A stretch of DNA of 35,798 bases. Origin: Caecitellus pseudoparvulus (taxonomy: Eukaryota > Protista > Bigyra: Bicosoecida). Positions 20,126 to 33,167 of this stretch are shown here, one piece after another. The position numbers and the translations under genes are program-made. Positions within the stretch are counted from its first letter, which is position 1, and every line of letters starts with the position of its first letter. Where the stretch lies: positions 1-35,798 of the forward strand of contig CBFFRQ010000142.1 in the NCBI GenBank assembly GCA_965644315.1. Reading direction: 5' to 3'. The notes under the pieces are model-generated. The model saw only the letters and a list, made by a program, of their open reading frames with translations. It did no database searches and was not told the origin of the DNA.

Positions 20126-22207
20126 ATGGCATCGGATGATCCAGCTTCCAGCGACACGGAGGGCGGAAGCTGGGAGGACATCCACGACAAAATGATGTCT
20201 GTCAACTCCGCCAAGCAAGCCAAGGCGCTCATAACGGAGCAGGAGTTCGAGTACTGGCTGAAGTGGGCGGATTCTGAGGATTTTGGTAAGATGGAGGCCG
20301 CTTGGCGCCTCCGGGAGGTGCCCGAGGGATTCCGGGCAGATCGCATGCGATCCCTCATTGCGGGCAGAGCTTTCCGCCTCCCCGCTGACGGTGCCCCTCA
20401 TCGCGCAGGCGGCTCACCACGGGGGCACGGCACGAAGCGAACCCGTCCGCGCGGTGCGAGCAGTGGCACGCCCTACGGCCCGCACCTACCCCCGCGCCCG
20501 ACCCAGCCGGACGCAGTCGCAGGCGACCTCCCGCAAGATCCCGCCACAGTGCTTACGTGGTTCCTGCAGAGGGGAGCGACGGTGCCGAGCGAGGACGTCG
20601 CCGTGCAGCTGCAGTTCTACGTGGGCTTGGCAACGGAGGAGACATCGCCGTACGCCCTCTCCGCTTGGCCTCCACGGCGCTTCGCCGCATGGTGCAGACT
20701 CAACGGTATTCCCCCCGACCTCACCCCCGACGACATCGTGATGCATTTGCAGCGGGTCCTGGAGGCCGCGCTGGCGGGCGACGACGACTTTGGCGACGAC
20801 GATGCCGGCGCCCCGTTCTTTCCCGTTTTCCCGGGCACCACACCGGATGCCGCCCGGTTACAGCCCCGTGCGGCGGCCCCGGGTCACCCCCGGCCTCCAA
20901 GAGGCACAGGGCGGCCTATAGCCCGCAGCCCCCCTCCCCCGTGGGGCGGCGGAGCCTCGCCGGCAGTCCACCCCGAAGGCGGGTCGGCTGTTTTCGGTCA
21001 CATGGGGGAGAACAGCGGTCGGTCGTCGCCAGCCGACGAGGTACTGGTCACTGTAGGCGCGCTGCGGGTCATTGGGCCGACCGCACACCCCTCGTCGGCG
21101 GTGGCCCGGGACCGCCTGTCAGCCTTGGGGGCAGTTTTCGCTGCGGGGACCACAGACGCCTTGACCACGGTGGCTGTCGAGATGGCTGAGGCTGCTGCAC
21201 GAGAGGTGCCCGCAGCAACGGGCCCAGTGCCGTCAGGTACGTTCCTGTCCCGCCAGCTCCCCCCCCACTCGCCCCGCGTGCCCGCTCCCGGCGACCCGTC
21301 CTGGCTCACAGCCCCCGGCGATGAGGTAGCCCCGCCGTCCGCGTCGGTCATGATGGACGACGCTATGGACGTAGTGACTGCTGTACGCCTGGTGCAAGGG
21401 AGGGTGGAAGTTACAGTTGACCCAACCCATCTAGTGGCAGTAACTGGGGCGGGTGCCCTGTCGGCATGCCACATGCTGGGCAACCGTGGGGGCGCTTGGT
21501 GGCTTGCTGCGATGACCAGGGACTTGCTGACGGCGCCTTCCGACGACCTCCACCGCTCCCTCCGAGCGTTCTGGTGGAAGTGGGCGTCCGAGGTGCCCGC
21601 CCTGGCAGACCAGCGGGGCCTGTGCCGAGCCATGGCGTGCGCACTCCTGATCACAATCGCAGTGCGGGCCGTGGCGCAGACCGCCGCTGCGTTGCCCGAA
21701 GGCCAGCGCAGGCGATGGGCCCAGCTGACGTGGGCCTCCTGGGTGGCCACGTTCCGCACTAACGCCACCATTGTCATGATGGCGTCGGCGACGGGGCAAG
21801 CACTGGTGGCCAGCTCGCTGGCGCGCGAGGCATGGGCGGCCGGGGCCGCCGCCACACCGATGCCAGGTGCGGGGGGCGGCCCGGCGCAAACCCCCGCTCG
21901 TGGCCCTCCCGCGGGGCTGTACCGGCAGGACGACCCGAGCACATTCGTGTGGTGCCCCGGGTGCGTCGGATCCGACCGGCGGCGCCGGTCGCTGGCATCC
22001 TGCCCACGCCTGGCCCAGCATGTGGCCCACCTGCGCCGGACCCACACAGTCGGAGGTAAGCCCGCAGAACTTACCCAGGCGCAGGCAGTGGCCATGCTGG
22101 TGCGCCAGTGGGAGCGGAAGGTGGCATCCAAGGGACGTGACTTCCAGCGGCGCATGCAGCCCCGCGCTGTCACCACGGCCATGGTGGAGGCAGCTCTCAG
22201 CCTCTAG
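20126..22207 (+). CDS. Ngaro ORF1 (uninterrupted, 693 aa from MASDD)
   Basis: Single open frame 20072-22207. Confidence 0.8.
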   Translation: MASDDPASSDTEGGSWEDIHDKMMSVNSAKQAKALITEQEFEYWLKWADSEDFGKMEAAWRLREVPEGFRADRMRSLIAGRAFRLPADGAPHRAGGSPRGHGTKRTRPRGASSGTPYGPHLPPRPTQPDAVAGDLPQDPATVLTWFLQRGATVPSEDVAVQLQFYVGLATEETSPYALSAWPPRRFAAWCRLNGIPPDLTPDDIVMHLQRVLEAALAGDDDFGDDDAGAPFFPVFPGTTPDAARLQPRAAAPGHPRPPRGTGRPIARSPPPPWGGGASPAVHPEGGSAVFGHMGENSGRSSPADEVLVTVGALRVIGPTAHPSSAVARDRLSALGAVFAAGTTDALTTVAVEMAEAAAREVPAATGPVPSGTFLSRQLPPHSPRVPAPGDPSWLTAPGDEVAPPSASVMMDDAMDVVTAVRLVQGRVEVTVDPTHLVAVTGAGALSACHMLGNRGGAWWLAAMTRDLLTAPSDDLHRSLRAFWWKWASEVPALADQRGLCRAMACALLITIAVRAVAQTAAALPEGQRRRWAQLTWASWVATFRTNATIVMMASATGQALVASSLAREAWAAGAAATPMPGAGGGPAQTPARGPPAGLYRQDDPSTFVWCPGCVGSDRRRRSLASCPRLAQHVAHLRRTHTVGGKPAELTQAQAVAMLVRQWERKVASKGRDFQRRMQPRAVTTAMVEAALSL

Positions 22208-24424
22208 GAGGTGGGCCGGAGCGCGGTGGTGAGAGCGACCACGGGGTACCGGGCCGTGCCCGTGGAGTGGAGGGCTGCCGCCCCGCTCTCGACAGACCAC
22301 CGCGCCATGGCCGTGCTCATCGAATCAATGGTCCAGCAGCTGCATGGGGACCGTTGTTGGACTCCACCGGGGCTCTTCGAGGACATCTTGCGTGGGGGCT
22401 TGGACTGGGGCCCCCACCCCGTGGTCTCATACTGGGGTTGCCAGGAGGCCCACGCTGACGTGTGTCCCGCATGCGGCGAGACCACTTCCAGATTACGGCA
22501 GCTTGAGCGGTGCGCAGCCATGCGACTGCTCACCGTGGTCACGCTGCGCGGGTGGGACCCCGCTTGGCTGCTGTTGCGGCGCCCCCGGCAGCGGCATCCC
22601 CGTCCTCGGCATACGTGCTGCAGCCGCACGACGAGCGGGCGGGGGCAGCGGCCTATGACGCCTTCGCGGCTGCGCGCGTGCTGCAGCCGGTCACCCCCAG
22701 CAGCTGCAGCAGCACCGAAAGATGGGGGGGCCAGCCGCTTCTGCCTTCGTTGTCACGACATGGGCCCCCCAGCCGGGCGTCAGCGACGAAGCTCTGCGAC
22801 AGTGGGCTGCTGCGAACCCAGGCGAGGCGGTGCAGGCCGCCAGCTCTTCCCGCGCGCCCGCCCGCCCGAGCCGCCTGTTCCGGGCCAAGCAGCGGGTGGT
22901 GTACGATCTGGCAGCCGTCAACCAGGCCTCAGTGAGCCCCCCATTCCACTACCCCACGCTGGAGAGCTGGGCGCTGCGCCTCCCGCCGAACTCGGACTGT
23001 GTTGTCCTGGACGTGGAAGCAGGGTACACGGCCATCCCCATCGCTCCGTCGGGCGCCGGACTGTTCACCATGCTCGCCCAGGGCAGGCCAGCCTTCCGCA
23101 TGCTTCGGATGGCCTTCGGGTACAGCCCGGCCGGGGCCATTTTCTGCTTTTTTTCTGGACTTCTGGGCGCCAAGATCGAAGCGGCGTTCCCAGCAGGGCA
23201 TGTGGTTGTGTACGTAGACGACGTCGGGCTTGGGGGAGCTACGTTGGGGCCACGGCCATCGATCGTGCCCAAGATAACTCAACTGTTCGAGGACGTGGGC
23301 TTCCGGGTGTCGCGCAAGAAGACGCAAGGGCCACAGCGCGTCGTTCAGTACTTGGGGATGGTGGTCAGGTGTGCCCCGTGTGGGGTGTACCTTGAGTGTC
23401 CTCAAGCCAAACGAACTCAGCTGCGGTGGCAGCTGGCCGCGGTCCTTAATCGCCTCGGCGCTTGCTCCACCATCCCCAAGCGCGTTTTCGCCGCGGTCAC
23501 AGGGCGCTTGCACGGCCTGTCGGCCGTGGTGCCCCACGCAAAACAAACGCTGTCGCTCTTGTACGACACCATGCGCACACACAAGTACCGCGTCGGCCCC
23601 CCGGCGCTCTCGTGCCTGTCCCCCCGGCGTCGCACGGGGCCCTGCGGACCCTCCTTGAGGCCCTCGGTGGGCCGTTATCGACGGGCCCGATGCGCCCGCT
23701 CTCCCCACTGTCAAGCAGGTGGCGCGCCGCCCTCTTTGGCTCGTGCGACGCGTCGGGGGAAGGCGGGCTGGGGGCAACAGTGTCGAGGTGGGCAGGGCCA
23801 GGAGAACGCACAGACTCCGCTTGGTACGCGTCCATGCGCATCCCCGGCACAGCCCCGGGCGAGGAGCTCGTGGGAGCCTCCACGATGCTGGAGCTGTACG
23901 CAATCGCCTTGGCTATGGCAATGGCGCGGCATGTTTTTCCCGAGCCGGGGCCGCTGCTGCTATGCCTAGCTGCGGACAGCCAGGCAGCGGTGGCGCTGGC
24001 GCGACGAGGGTACAGCAAGCACAGCCGTGAACTCACGCGCGTCTGCGGGGTCCTCGAGCGGGTTTCCCGCGTTTTGGACGTCCACTTGGCGCCTCGGTGG
24101 ATCCCGAGGAGCCTGAATTGGCGGGCGGACGCCCTCAGCCACCCCGAAAGGGTGGATAGCAGCACACCGGCAGCGCTCGGCCTCCCGCCAGGGCAACCAG
24201 CCGAGCTGGAGGTATCAGCAGGGGGAAGCAGCGCCGCTGAGCGGTGGCATGATGTGTCCCTAGACGTAGGGCCGTCGGGAAAGGCCGGGGCGGGCACCGC
24301 GTGGATTCACTCAGCTCAACTCTCCGTCGCCCTGCACAGACACACTCTGGATAAGGAAGCAGACCTTCTGGCAGATGATCAGGGCCATCCCCGCGTCCCC
24401 GATCAGCAGGATTCACCAACATAG
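22208..24424 (+). CDS. Ngaro ORF2 RT/RNase H, copy 2 (apparent frameshifts)
   Basis: Same motifs as copy 1, spread over ORFs 22211, 22510, 22722 and 23462. Confidence 0.88.
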
Positions 24425-25532
24425 GCTGGCAAAGGGGACGGTGGTCAAGTACGTTCGCGCGGTTGCTGGCCTGATCAGGGCCGCTCCAGCACCCCGGGAC
24501 AGGGCGCGGACCATGGTGGGCATCTTAACGGGCGGCGTGGCCGCAGGCAGATGGGCCCCCCATCGGGCGAAGCAGATCCTGGCGCAATGGGTCGGTGGTT
24601 TTAGGTATCTGGGCCTGCCAATCCCGTCGCTAGCCCCGCTGGGGCTCACAGTCGGCAGCATCTGCCGGGCAATCCGCCGGCTCCACCGAGGGAGAGGGGA
24701 GCAACACCGCCGCCCTATCAGCAAAGAACAAGTCATGGAGGCCATGAAGCGGGCATGGGACGGGCCACACCTCGGGAGGCATGCCCCAACTGCCGCCGCA
24801 GCTATCTACATCGGCTTTCATGGCATGTGCAGGCCGGGAGAGCTCCGGGGCCTGCGATGGGAGGAGTTGCACTTCGGGCGGGCGGGCCCCCTGCAGTGGG
24901 TGGAGGCCAGGGTCACGGATAAAACGCACCTGAGTGCAAACCGCCACATCCAGGTGGTGCGCCAGGCCGAGTGGGCGGGGGCCTTCGACCGCCTCCGGGA
25001 GCAGGCCCGGGACAAGCGGGGAAGCCTGCTCCCAAGGTGGGCGTGGCTCAGCCTGCAAGGCATCCTGAAGGCTGTAGCGGGCGTGTCCTTGGCCCACCTG
25101 AGACCCGGGGGCAATATGTTCTGGACAGGCCGGGCCCCCGACGTCTTGGTGGAGCACGCGGCGGGCTGGGCGGCTGGCTCCCCCACCCGGGCACGATACT
25201 ACACCCAGGGGGGAGGGGGCGAGGCTGTGGCACGAGGCCATGACACCCAGGGGAGGAAGCAAGCATTGAAAAGTATTGGCGGGTGCCGCAAGGAGGCGTC
25301 CCCTCCCCCAAGAGATGCAGCGAGCCCTGGTGGCCGCTGGCATAGAGGGGGGAGGGGACGGCCTCGAGGCGGGCCCAGTTCAATGCATTTCGATTGCCAC
25401 GCACAACGCACCAACACGAGGGAACCGAGGTTGCCGGCACCCCAGCCGGCAACCATGTTTCCCGGCAGGAGGGGCGGCGGGCAGTCCCACGCTAGTGGCA
25501 CAATTGTCCCCCGCCGCCCCAACGCAGAGTAG
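24375..25532 (+). CDS. Ngaro ORF3 tyrosine recombinase, copy 2
   Basis: Same 385-aa translation as copy 1. Confidence 0.88.
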   Translation: MIRAIPASPISRIHQHRLAKGTVVKYVRAVAGLIRAAPAPRDRARTMVGILTGGVAAGRWAPHRAKQILAQWVGGFRYLGLPIPSLAPLGLTVGSICRAIRRLHRGRGEQHRRPISKEQVMEAMKRAWDGPHLGRHAPTAAAAIYIGFHGMCRPGELRGLRWEELHFGRAGPLQWVEARVTDKTHLSANRHIQVVRQAEWAGAFDRLREQARDKRGSLLPRWAWLSLQGILKAVAGVSLAHLRPGGNMFWTGRAPDVLVEHAAGWAAGSPTRARYYTQGGGGEAVARGHDTQGRKQALKSIGGCRKEASPPPRDAASPGGRWHRGGRGRPRGGPSSMHFDCHAQRTNTREPRLPAPQPATMFPGRRGGGQSHASGTIVPRRPNAE

Positions 25533-25604
25533 ACGACGGCAGGACCGGGCATGACAAAACCAGTCATTAGCCGGCCTCGTCACTCTCTTTCCTTTTTTTT
25601 CGAG

Positions 25605-27687
25605 ATGGCATCGGATGATCCAGCTTCCAGCGACACGGAGGGCGGAAGCTGGGAGGACATCCACGACAAAATGATGTCTGTCAACTCCGCCAAGCAAGCC
25701 AAGGCGCTCATAACGGAGCAGGAGTTCGAGTACTGGCTGAAGTGGGCGGATTCTGAGGATTTTGGTAAGATGGAGGCCGCTTGGCGCCTCCGGGAGGTGC
25801 CCGAGGGATTCCGGGCAGATCGCATGCGATCCCTCATTGCGGGCAGAGCTTTCCGCCTCCCCGCTGACGGTGCCCCTCATCGCGCAGGCGGCTCACCACG
25901 GGGGCACGGCACGAAGCGAACCCGTCCGCGCGGTGCGAGCAGTGGCACGCCCTACGGCCCGCACCTACCCCCGCGCCCGACCCAGCCGGACGCAGTCGCA
26001 GGCGACCTCCCGCAAGATCCCGCCACAGTGCTTACGTGGTTCCTGCAGAGGGGAGCGACGGTGCCGAGCGAGGACGTCGCCGTGCAGCTGCAGTTCTACG
26101 TGGGCTTGGCAACGGAGGAGACATCGCCGTACGCCCTCTCCGCTTGGCCTCCACGGCGCTTCGCCGCATGGTGCAGACTCAACGGTATTCCCCCCGACCT
26201 CACCCCCGACGACATCGTGATGCATTTGCAGCGGGTCCTGGAGGCCGCGCTGGCGGGCGACGACGACTTTGGCGACGACGATGCCGGCGCCCCGTTCTTT
26301 CCCGTTTTCCCGGGCACCACACCGGATGCCGCCCGGTTACAGCCCCGTGCGGCGGCCCCGGGTCACCCCCCGGCCTCCAAGAGGCACAGGGCGGCCTATA
26401 GCCCGCAGCCCCCCTCCCCCGTGGGGCGGCGGAGCCTCGCCGGCAGTCCACCCCGAAGGCGGGTCGGCTGTTTTCGGTCACATGGGGGAGAACAGCGGTC
26501 GGTCGTCGCCAGCCGACGAGGTACTGGTCACTGTAGGCGCGCTGCGGGTCATTGGGCCGACCGCACACCCCTCGTCGGCGGTGGCCCGGGACCGCCTGTC
26601 AGCCTTGGGGGCAGTTTTCGCTGCGGGGACCACAGACGCCTTGACCACGGTGGCTGTCGAGATGGCTGAGGCTGCTGCACGAGAGGTGCCCGCAGCAACG
26701 GGCCCAGTGCCGTCAGGTACGTTCCTGTCCCGCCAGCTCCCCCCCCACTCGCCCCGCGTGCCCGCTCCCGGCGACCCGTCCTGGCTCACAGCCCCCGGCG
26801 ATGAGGTAGCCCCGCCGTCCGCGTCGGTCATGATGGACGACGCTATGGACGTAGTGACTGCTGTACGCCTGGTGCAAGGGAGGGTGGAAGTTACAGTTGA
26901 CCCAACCCATCTAGTGGCAGTAACTGGGGCGGGTGCCCTGTCGGCATGCCACATGCTGGGCAACCGTGGGGGCGCTTGGTGGCTTGCTGCGATGACCAGG
27001 GACTTGCTGACGGCGCCTTCCGACGACCTCCACCGCTCCCTCCGAGCGTTCTGGTGGAAGTGGGCGTCCGAGGTGCCCGCCCTGGCAGACCAGCGGGGCC
27101 TGTGCCGAGCCATGGCGTGCGCACTCCTGATCACAATCGCAGTGCGGGCCGTGGCGCAGACCGCCGCTGCGTTGCCCGAAGGCCAGCGCAGGCGATGGGC
27201 CCAGCTGACGTGGGCCTCCTGGGTGGCCACGTTCCGCACTAACGCCACCATTGTCATGATGGCGTCGGCGACGGGGCAAGCACTGGTGGCCAGCTCGCTG
27301 GCGCGCGAGGCATGGGCGGCCGGGGCCGCCGCCACACCGATGCCAGGTGCGGGGGGCGGCCCGGCGCAAACCCCCGCTCGTGGCCCTCCCGCGGGGCTGT
27401 ACCGGCAGGACGACCCGAGCACATTCGTGTGGTGCCCCGGGTGCGTCGGATCCGACCGGCGGCGCCGGTCGCTGGCATCCTGCCCACGCCTGGCCCAGCA
27501 TGTGGCCCACCTGCGCCGGACCCACACAGTCGGAGGTAAGCCCGCAGAACTTACCCAGGCGCAGGCAGTGGCCATGCTGGTGCGCCAGTGGGAGCGGAAG
27601 GTGGCATCCAAGGGACGTGACTTCCAGCGGCGCATGCAGCCCCGCGCTGTCACCACGGCCATGGTGGAGGCAGCTCTCAGCCTCTAG
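25605..27687 (+). CDS. Ngaro ORF1, copy 3 (apparent frameshift)
   Basis: ORFs 25551-26669 and 26269-27687. Confidence 0.75.
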
Positions 27688-29905
27688 GAGGTGGGCCGGA
27701 GCGCGGTGGTGAGAGCGACCACGGGGTACCGGGCCGTGCCCGTGGAGTGGAGGGCTGCCGCCCCGCTCTCGACAGACCACCGCGCCATGGCCGTGCTCAT
27801 CGAATCAATGGTCCAGCAGCTGCATGGGGACCGTTGTTGGACTCCACCGGGGCTCTTCGAGGACATCTTGCGTGGGGGCTTGGACTGGGGCCCCCACCCC
27901 GTGGTCTCATACTGGGGTTGCCAGGAGGCCCACGCTGACGTGTGTCCCGCATGCGGCGAGACCACTTCCAGATTACGGCAGCTTGAGCGGTGCGCAGCCA
28001 TGCGACTGCTCACCGTGGTCACGCTGCGCGGGTGGGACCCCGCTTGGCTGCTGTTCCGCCGCCCCCCGGCAGCGGCATCCCCGTCCTCGGCATACGTGCT
28101 GCAGCCGCACGACGAGCGGGCGGGGGCAGCGGCCTATGACGCCTTCGCGGCTGCGCGCGTGCTGCAGCCGGTCACCCCCAGCAGCTGCAGCAGCACCGAA
28201 AGATGGGGGGGCCAGCCGCTTCTGCCTTCGTTGTCACGACATGGGCCCCCCAGCCGGGCGTCAGCGACGAAGCTCTGCGACAGTGGGCTGCTGCGAACCC
28301 AGGCGAGGCGGTGCAGGCCGCCAGCTCTTCCCGCGCGCCCGCCCGCCCGAGCCGCCTGTTCCGGGCCAAGCAGCGGGTGGTGTACGATCTGGCAGCCGTC
28401 AACCAGGCCTCAGTGAGCCCCCCATTCCACTACCCCACGCTGGAGAGCTGGGCGCTGCGCCTCCCGCCGAACTCGGACTGTGTTGTCCTGGACGTGGAAG
28501 CAGGGTACACGGCCATCCCCATCGCTCCGTCGGGCGCCGGACTGTTCACCATGCTCGCCCAGGGCAGGCCAGCCTTCCGCATGCTTCGGATGGCCTTCGG
28601 GTACAGCCCGGCCGGGGCCATTTTCTGCTTTTTTTCTGGACTTCTGGGCGCCAAGATCGAAGCGGCGTTCCCAGCAGGGCATGTGGTTGTGTACGTAGAC
28701 GACGTCGGGCTTGGGGGAGCTACGTTGGGGCCACGGCCATCGATCGTGCCCAAGATAACTCAACTGTTCGAGGACGTGGGCTTCCGGGTGTCGCGCAAGA
28801 AGACGCAAGGGCCACAGCGCGTCGTTCAGTACTTGGGGATGGTGGTCAGGTGTGCCCCGTGTGGGGTGTACCTTGAGTGTCCTCAAGCCAAACGAACTCA
28901 GCTGCGGTGGCAGCTGGCCGCGGTCCTTAATCGCCTCGGCGCTTGCTCCACCATCCCCAAGCGCGTTTTCGCCGCGGTCACAGGGCGCTTGCACGGCCTG
29001 TCGGCCGTGGTGCCCCACGCAAAACAAACGCTGTCGCTCTTGTACGACACCATGCGCACACACAAGTACCGCGTCGGCCCCCCGGCGCTCTCGTGCCTGT
29101 CCCCCCGGCGTCGCACGGGGCCCTGCGGACCCTCCTTGAGGCCCTCGGTGGGCCGTTATCGACGGGCCCGATGCGCCCGCTCTCCCCACTGTCAAGCAGG
29201 TGGCGCGCCGCCCTCTTTGGCTCGTGCGACGCGTCGGGGGAAGGCGGGCTGGGGGCAACAGTGTCGAGGTGGGCAGGGCCAGGAGAACGCACAGACTCCG
29301 CTTGGTACGCGTCCATGCGCATCCCCGGCACAGCCCCGGGCGAGGAGCTCGTGGGAGCCTCCACGATGCTGGAGCTGTACGCAATCGCCTTGGCTATGGC
29401 AATGGCGCGGCATGTTTTTCCCGAGCCGGGGCCGCTGCTGCTATGCCTAGCTGCGGACAGCCAGGCAGCGGTGGCGCTGGCGCGACGAGGGTACAGCAAG
29501 CACAGCCGTGAACTCACGCGCGTCTGCGGGGTCCTCGAGCGGGTTTCCCGCGTTTTGGACGTCCACTTGGCGCCTCGGTGGATCCCGAGGAGCCTGAATT
29601 GGCGGGCGGACGCCCTCAGCCACCCCGAAAGGGTGGATAGCAGCACACCGGCAGCGCTCGGCCTCCCGCCAGGGCAACCAGCCGAGCTGGAGGTATCAGC
29701 AGGGGGAAGCAGCGCCGCTGAGCGGTGGCATGATGTGTCCCTAGACGTAGGGCCGTCGGGAAAGGCCGGGGCGGGCACCGCGTGGATTCACTCAGCTCAA
29801 CTCTCCGTCGCCCTGCACAGACACACTCTGGATAAGGAAGCAGACCTTCTGGCAGATGATCAGGGCCATCCCCGCGTCCCCGATCAGCAGGATTCACCAA
29901 CATAG
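27688..29905 (+). CDS. Ngaro ORF2 RT/RNase H, copy 3 (apparent frameshifts)
   Basis: ORFs 27691, 28203 and 28943 carry the RT and RNase H motifs. Confidence 0.88.
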
Positions 29906-30725
29906 GCTGGCAAAGGGGACGGTGGTCAAGTACGTTCGCGCGGTTGCTGGCCTGATCAGGGCCGCTCCAGCACCCCGGGACAGGGCGCGGACCATGGTGG
30001 GCATCTTAACGGGCGGCGTGGCCGCAGGCAGATGGGCCCCCCATCGGGCGAAGCAGATCCTGGCGCAATGGGTCGGTGGTTTTAGGTATCTGGGCCTGCC
30101 AATCCCGTCGCTAGCCCCGCTGGGGCTCACAGTCGGCAGCATCTGCCGGGCAATCCGCCGGCTCCACCGAGGGAGAGGGGAGCAACACCGCCGCCCTATC
30201 AGCAAAGAACAAGTCATGGAGGCCATGAAGCGGGCATGGGACGGGCCACACCTCGGGAGGCATGCCCCAACTGCCGCCGCAGCTATCTACATCGGCTTTC
30301 ATGGCATGTGCAGGCCGGGAGAGCTCCGGGGCCTGCGATGGGAGGAGTTGCACTTCGGGCGGGCGGGCCCCCTGCAGTGGGTGGAGGCCAGGGTCACGGA
30401 TAAAACGCACCTGAGTGCAAACCGCCACATCCAGGTGGTGCGCCAGGCCGAGTGGGCGGGGGCCTTCGACCGCCTCCGGGAGCAGGCCCGGGACAAGCGG
30501 GGAAGCCTGCTCCCAAGGTGGGCGTGGCTCAGCCTGCAAGGCATCCTGAAGGCTGTAGCGGGCGTGTCCTTGGCCCACCTGAGACCCGGGGGCAATATGT
30601 TCTGGACAGGCCGGGCCCCCGACGTCTTGGTGGAGCACGCGGCGGGCTGGGCGGCTGGCTCCCCCACCCGGGCACGATACTACACCCAGGGGGGGAGGGG
30701 GCGAGGCTGTGGCACGAGGCCATGA
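29856..30725 (+). CDS. Ngaro ORF3 tyrosine recombinase, copy 3 (289 aa)
   Basis: One extra G in the run after RYYTQ ends the ORF just before repeat B. Confidence 0.88.
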   Translation: MIRAIPASPISRIHQHRLAKGTVVKYVRAVAGLIRAAPAPRDRARTMVGILTGGVAAGRWAPHRAKQILAQWVGGFRYLGLPIPSLAPLGLTVGSICRAIRRLHRGRGEQHRRPISKEQVMEAMKRAWDGPHLGRHAPTAAAAIYIGFHGMCRPGELRGLRWEELHFGRAGPLQWVEARVTDKTHLSANRHIQVVRQAEWAGAFDRLREQARDKRGSLLPRWAWLSLQGILKAVAGVSLAHLRPGGNMFWTGRAPDVLVEHAAGWAAGSPTRARYYTQGGRGRGCGTRP

Positions 30726-31085
30726 CACCCAGGGGAGGAAGCAAGCATTGAAAAGTATTGGCGGGTGCCGCAAGGAGGCGTCCCCTCCCCCAAGAGATGC
30801 AGCGAGCCCTGGTGGCCGCTGGCATAGAGGGGGGAGGGGACGGCCTCGAGGCGGGCCCAGTTCAATGCATTTCGATTGCCACGCACAACGCACCAACACG
30901 AGGGAACCGAGGTTGCCGGCACCCCAGCCGGCAACCATGTTTCCCGGCAGGAGGGGCGGCGGGCAGTCCCACGCTAGTGGCACAATTGTCCCCCGCCGCC
31001 CCAACGCAGAGTAGACGACGGCAGGACCGGGCATGACAAAACCAGTCATTAGCCGGCCTCGTCACTCTCTTTCCTTTTTTTCGAG

Positions 31086-33167
31086 ATGGCATCGGATGAT
31101 CCAGCTTCCAGCGACACGGAGGGCGGAAGCTGGGAGGACATCCACGACAAAATGATGTCTGTCAACTCCGCCAAGCAAGCCAAGGCGCTCATAACGGAGC
31201 AGGAGTTCGAGTACTGGCTGAAGTGGGCGGATTCTGAGGATTTTGGTAAGATGGAGGCCGCTTGGCGCCTCCGGGAGGTGCCCGAGGGATTCCGGGCAGA
31301 TCGCATGCGATCCCTCATTGCGGGCAGAGCTTTCCGCCTCCCCGCTGACGGTGCCCCTCATCGCGCAGGCGGCTCACCACGGGGGCACGGCACGAAGCGA
31401 ACCCGTCCGCGCGGTGCGAGCAGTGGCACGCCCTACGGCCCGCACCTACCCCCGCGCCCGACCCAGCCGGACGCAGTCGCAGGCGACCTCCCGCAAGATC
31501 CCGCCACAGTGCTTACGTGGTTCCTGCAGAGGGGAGCGACGGTGCCGAGCGAGGACGTCGCCGTGCAGCTGCAGTTCTACGTGGGCTTGGCAACGGAGGA
31601 GACATCGCCGTACGCCCTCTCCGCTTGGCCTCCACGGCGCTTCGCCGCATGGTGCAGACTCAACGGTATTCCCCCCGACCTCACCCCCGACGACATCGTG
31701 ATGCATTTGCAGCGGGTCCTGGAGGCCGCGCTGGCGGGCGACGACGACTTTGGCGACGACGATGCCGGCGCCCCGTTCTTTCCCGTTTTCCCGGGCACCA
31801 CACCGGATGCCGCCCGGTTACAGCCCCGTGCGGCGGCCCCGGGTCACCCCCCGGCCTCCAAGAGGCACAGGGCGGCCTATAGCCCGCAGCCCCCCTCCCC
31901 CGTGGGGCGGCGGAGCCTCGCCGGCAGTCCACCCCGAAGGCGGGTCGGCTGTTTTCGGTCACATGGGGGAGAACAGCGGTCGGTCGTCGCCAGCCGACGA
32001 GGTACTGGTCACTGTAGGCGCGCTGCGGGTCATTGGGCCGACCGCACACCCCTCGTCGGCGGTGGCCCGGGACCGCCTGTCAGCCTTGGGGGCAGTTTTC
32101 GCTGCGGGGACCACAGACGCCTTGACCACGGTGGCTGTCGAGATGGCTGAGGCTGCTGCACGAGAGGTGCCCGCAGCAACGGGCCCAGTGCCGTCAGGTA
32201 CGTTCCTGTCCCGCCAGCTCCCCCCCCACTCGCCCCGCGTGCCCGCTCCCGGCGACCCGTCCTGGCTCACAGCCCCCGGCGATGAGGTAGCCCCGCCGTC
32301 CGCGTCGGTCATGATGGACGACGCTATGGACGTAGTGACTGCTGTACGCCTGGTGCAAGGGAGGGTGGAAGTTACAGTTGACCCAACCCATCTAGTGGCA
32401 GTAACTGGGGCGGGTGCCCTGTCGGCATGCCACATGCTGGGCAACCGTGGGGGCGCTTGGTGGCTTGCTGCGATGACCAGGGACTTGCTGACGGCGCCTT
32501 CCGACGACCTCCACCGCTCCCTCCGAGCGTTCTGGTGGAAGTGGGCGTCCGAGGTGCCCGCCCTGGCAGACCAGCGGGGCCTGTGCCGAGCCATGGCGTG
32601 CGCACTCCTGATCACAATCGCAGTGCGGGCCGTGGCGCAGACCGCCGCTGCGTTGCCCGAAGGCCAGCGCAGGCGATGGGCCCAGCTGACGTGGGCCTCC
32701 TGGGTGGCCACGTTCCGCACTAACGCCACCATTGTCATGATGGCGTCGGCGACGGGGCAAGCACTGGTGGCCAGCTCGCTGGCGCGCGAGGCATGGGCGG
32801 CCGGGGCCGCCGCCACACCGATGCCAGGTGCGGGGGCGGCCCGGCGCAAACCCCCGCTCGTGGCCCTCCCGCGGGGCTGTACCGGCAGGACGACCCGAGC
32901 ACATTCGTGTGGTGCCCCGGGTGCGTCGGATCCGACCGGCGGCGCCGGTCGCTGGCATCCTGCCCACGCCTGGCCCAGCATGTGGCCCACCTGCGCCGGA
33001 CCCACACAGTCGGAGGTAAGCCCGCAGAACTTACCCAGGCGCAGGCAGTGGCCATGCTGGTGCGCCAGTGGGAGCGGAAGGTGGCATCCAAGGGACGTGA
33101 CTTCCAGCGGCGCATGCAGCCCCGCGCTGTCACCACGGCCATGGTGGAGGCAGCTCTCAGCCTCTAG
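31086..33167 (+). CDS. Ngaro ORF1, copy 4 (two apparent frameshifts)
   Basis: ORFs 31086, 31750 and 32793. Confidence 0.75.

Larger units (their letters stand above)
19945..25423 (+). mobile_element. Ngaro copy 2 (A-ORF1-ORF2-ORF3-B), first unit of tandem concatemer
   Basis: Near-identical to 1942-7422. Left junction lies inside host gene C at CACCGGAAC. Confidence 0.95.
25424..30905 (+). mobile_element. Ngaro copy 3, second concatemer unit
   Basis: B-A junction is followed directly by ORF1 (T-tract-CGAG-ATG), with no B2 and no host DNA. Confidence 0.95.

Noticed and set aside
17807-20401. 864-aa ORF as a native gene
   Set aside because: The first ~152 aa are antisense Ngaro sequence, so the ORF is a chimera created by the insertion.
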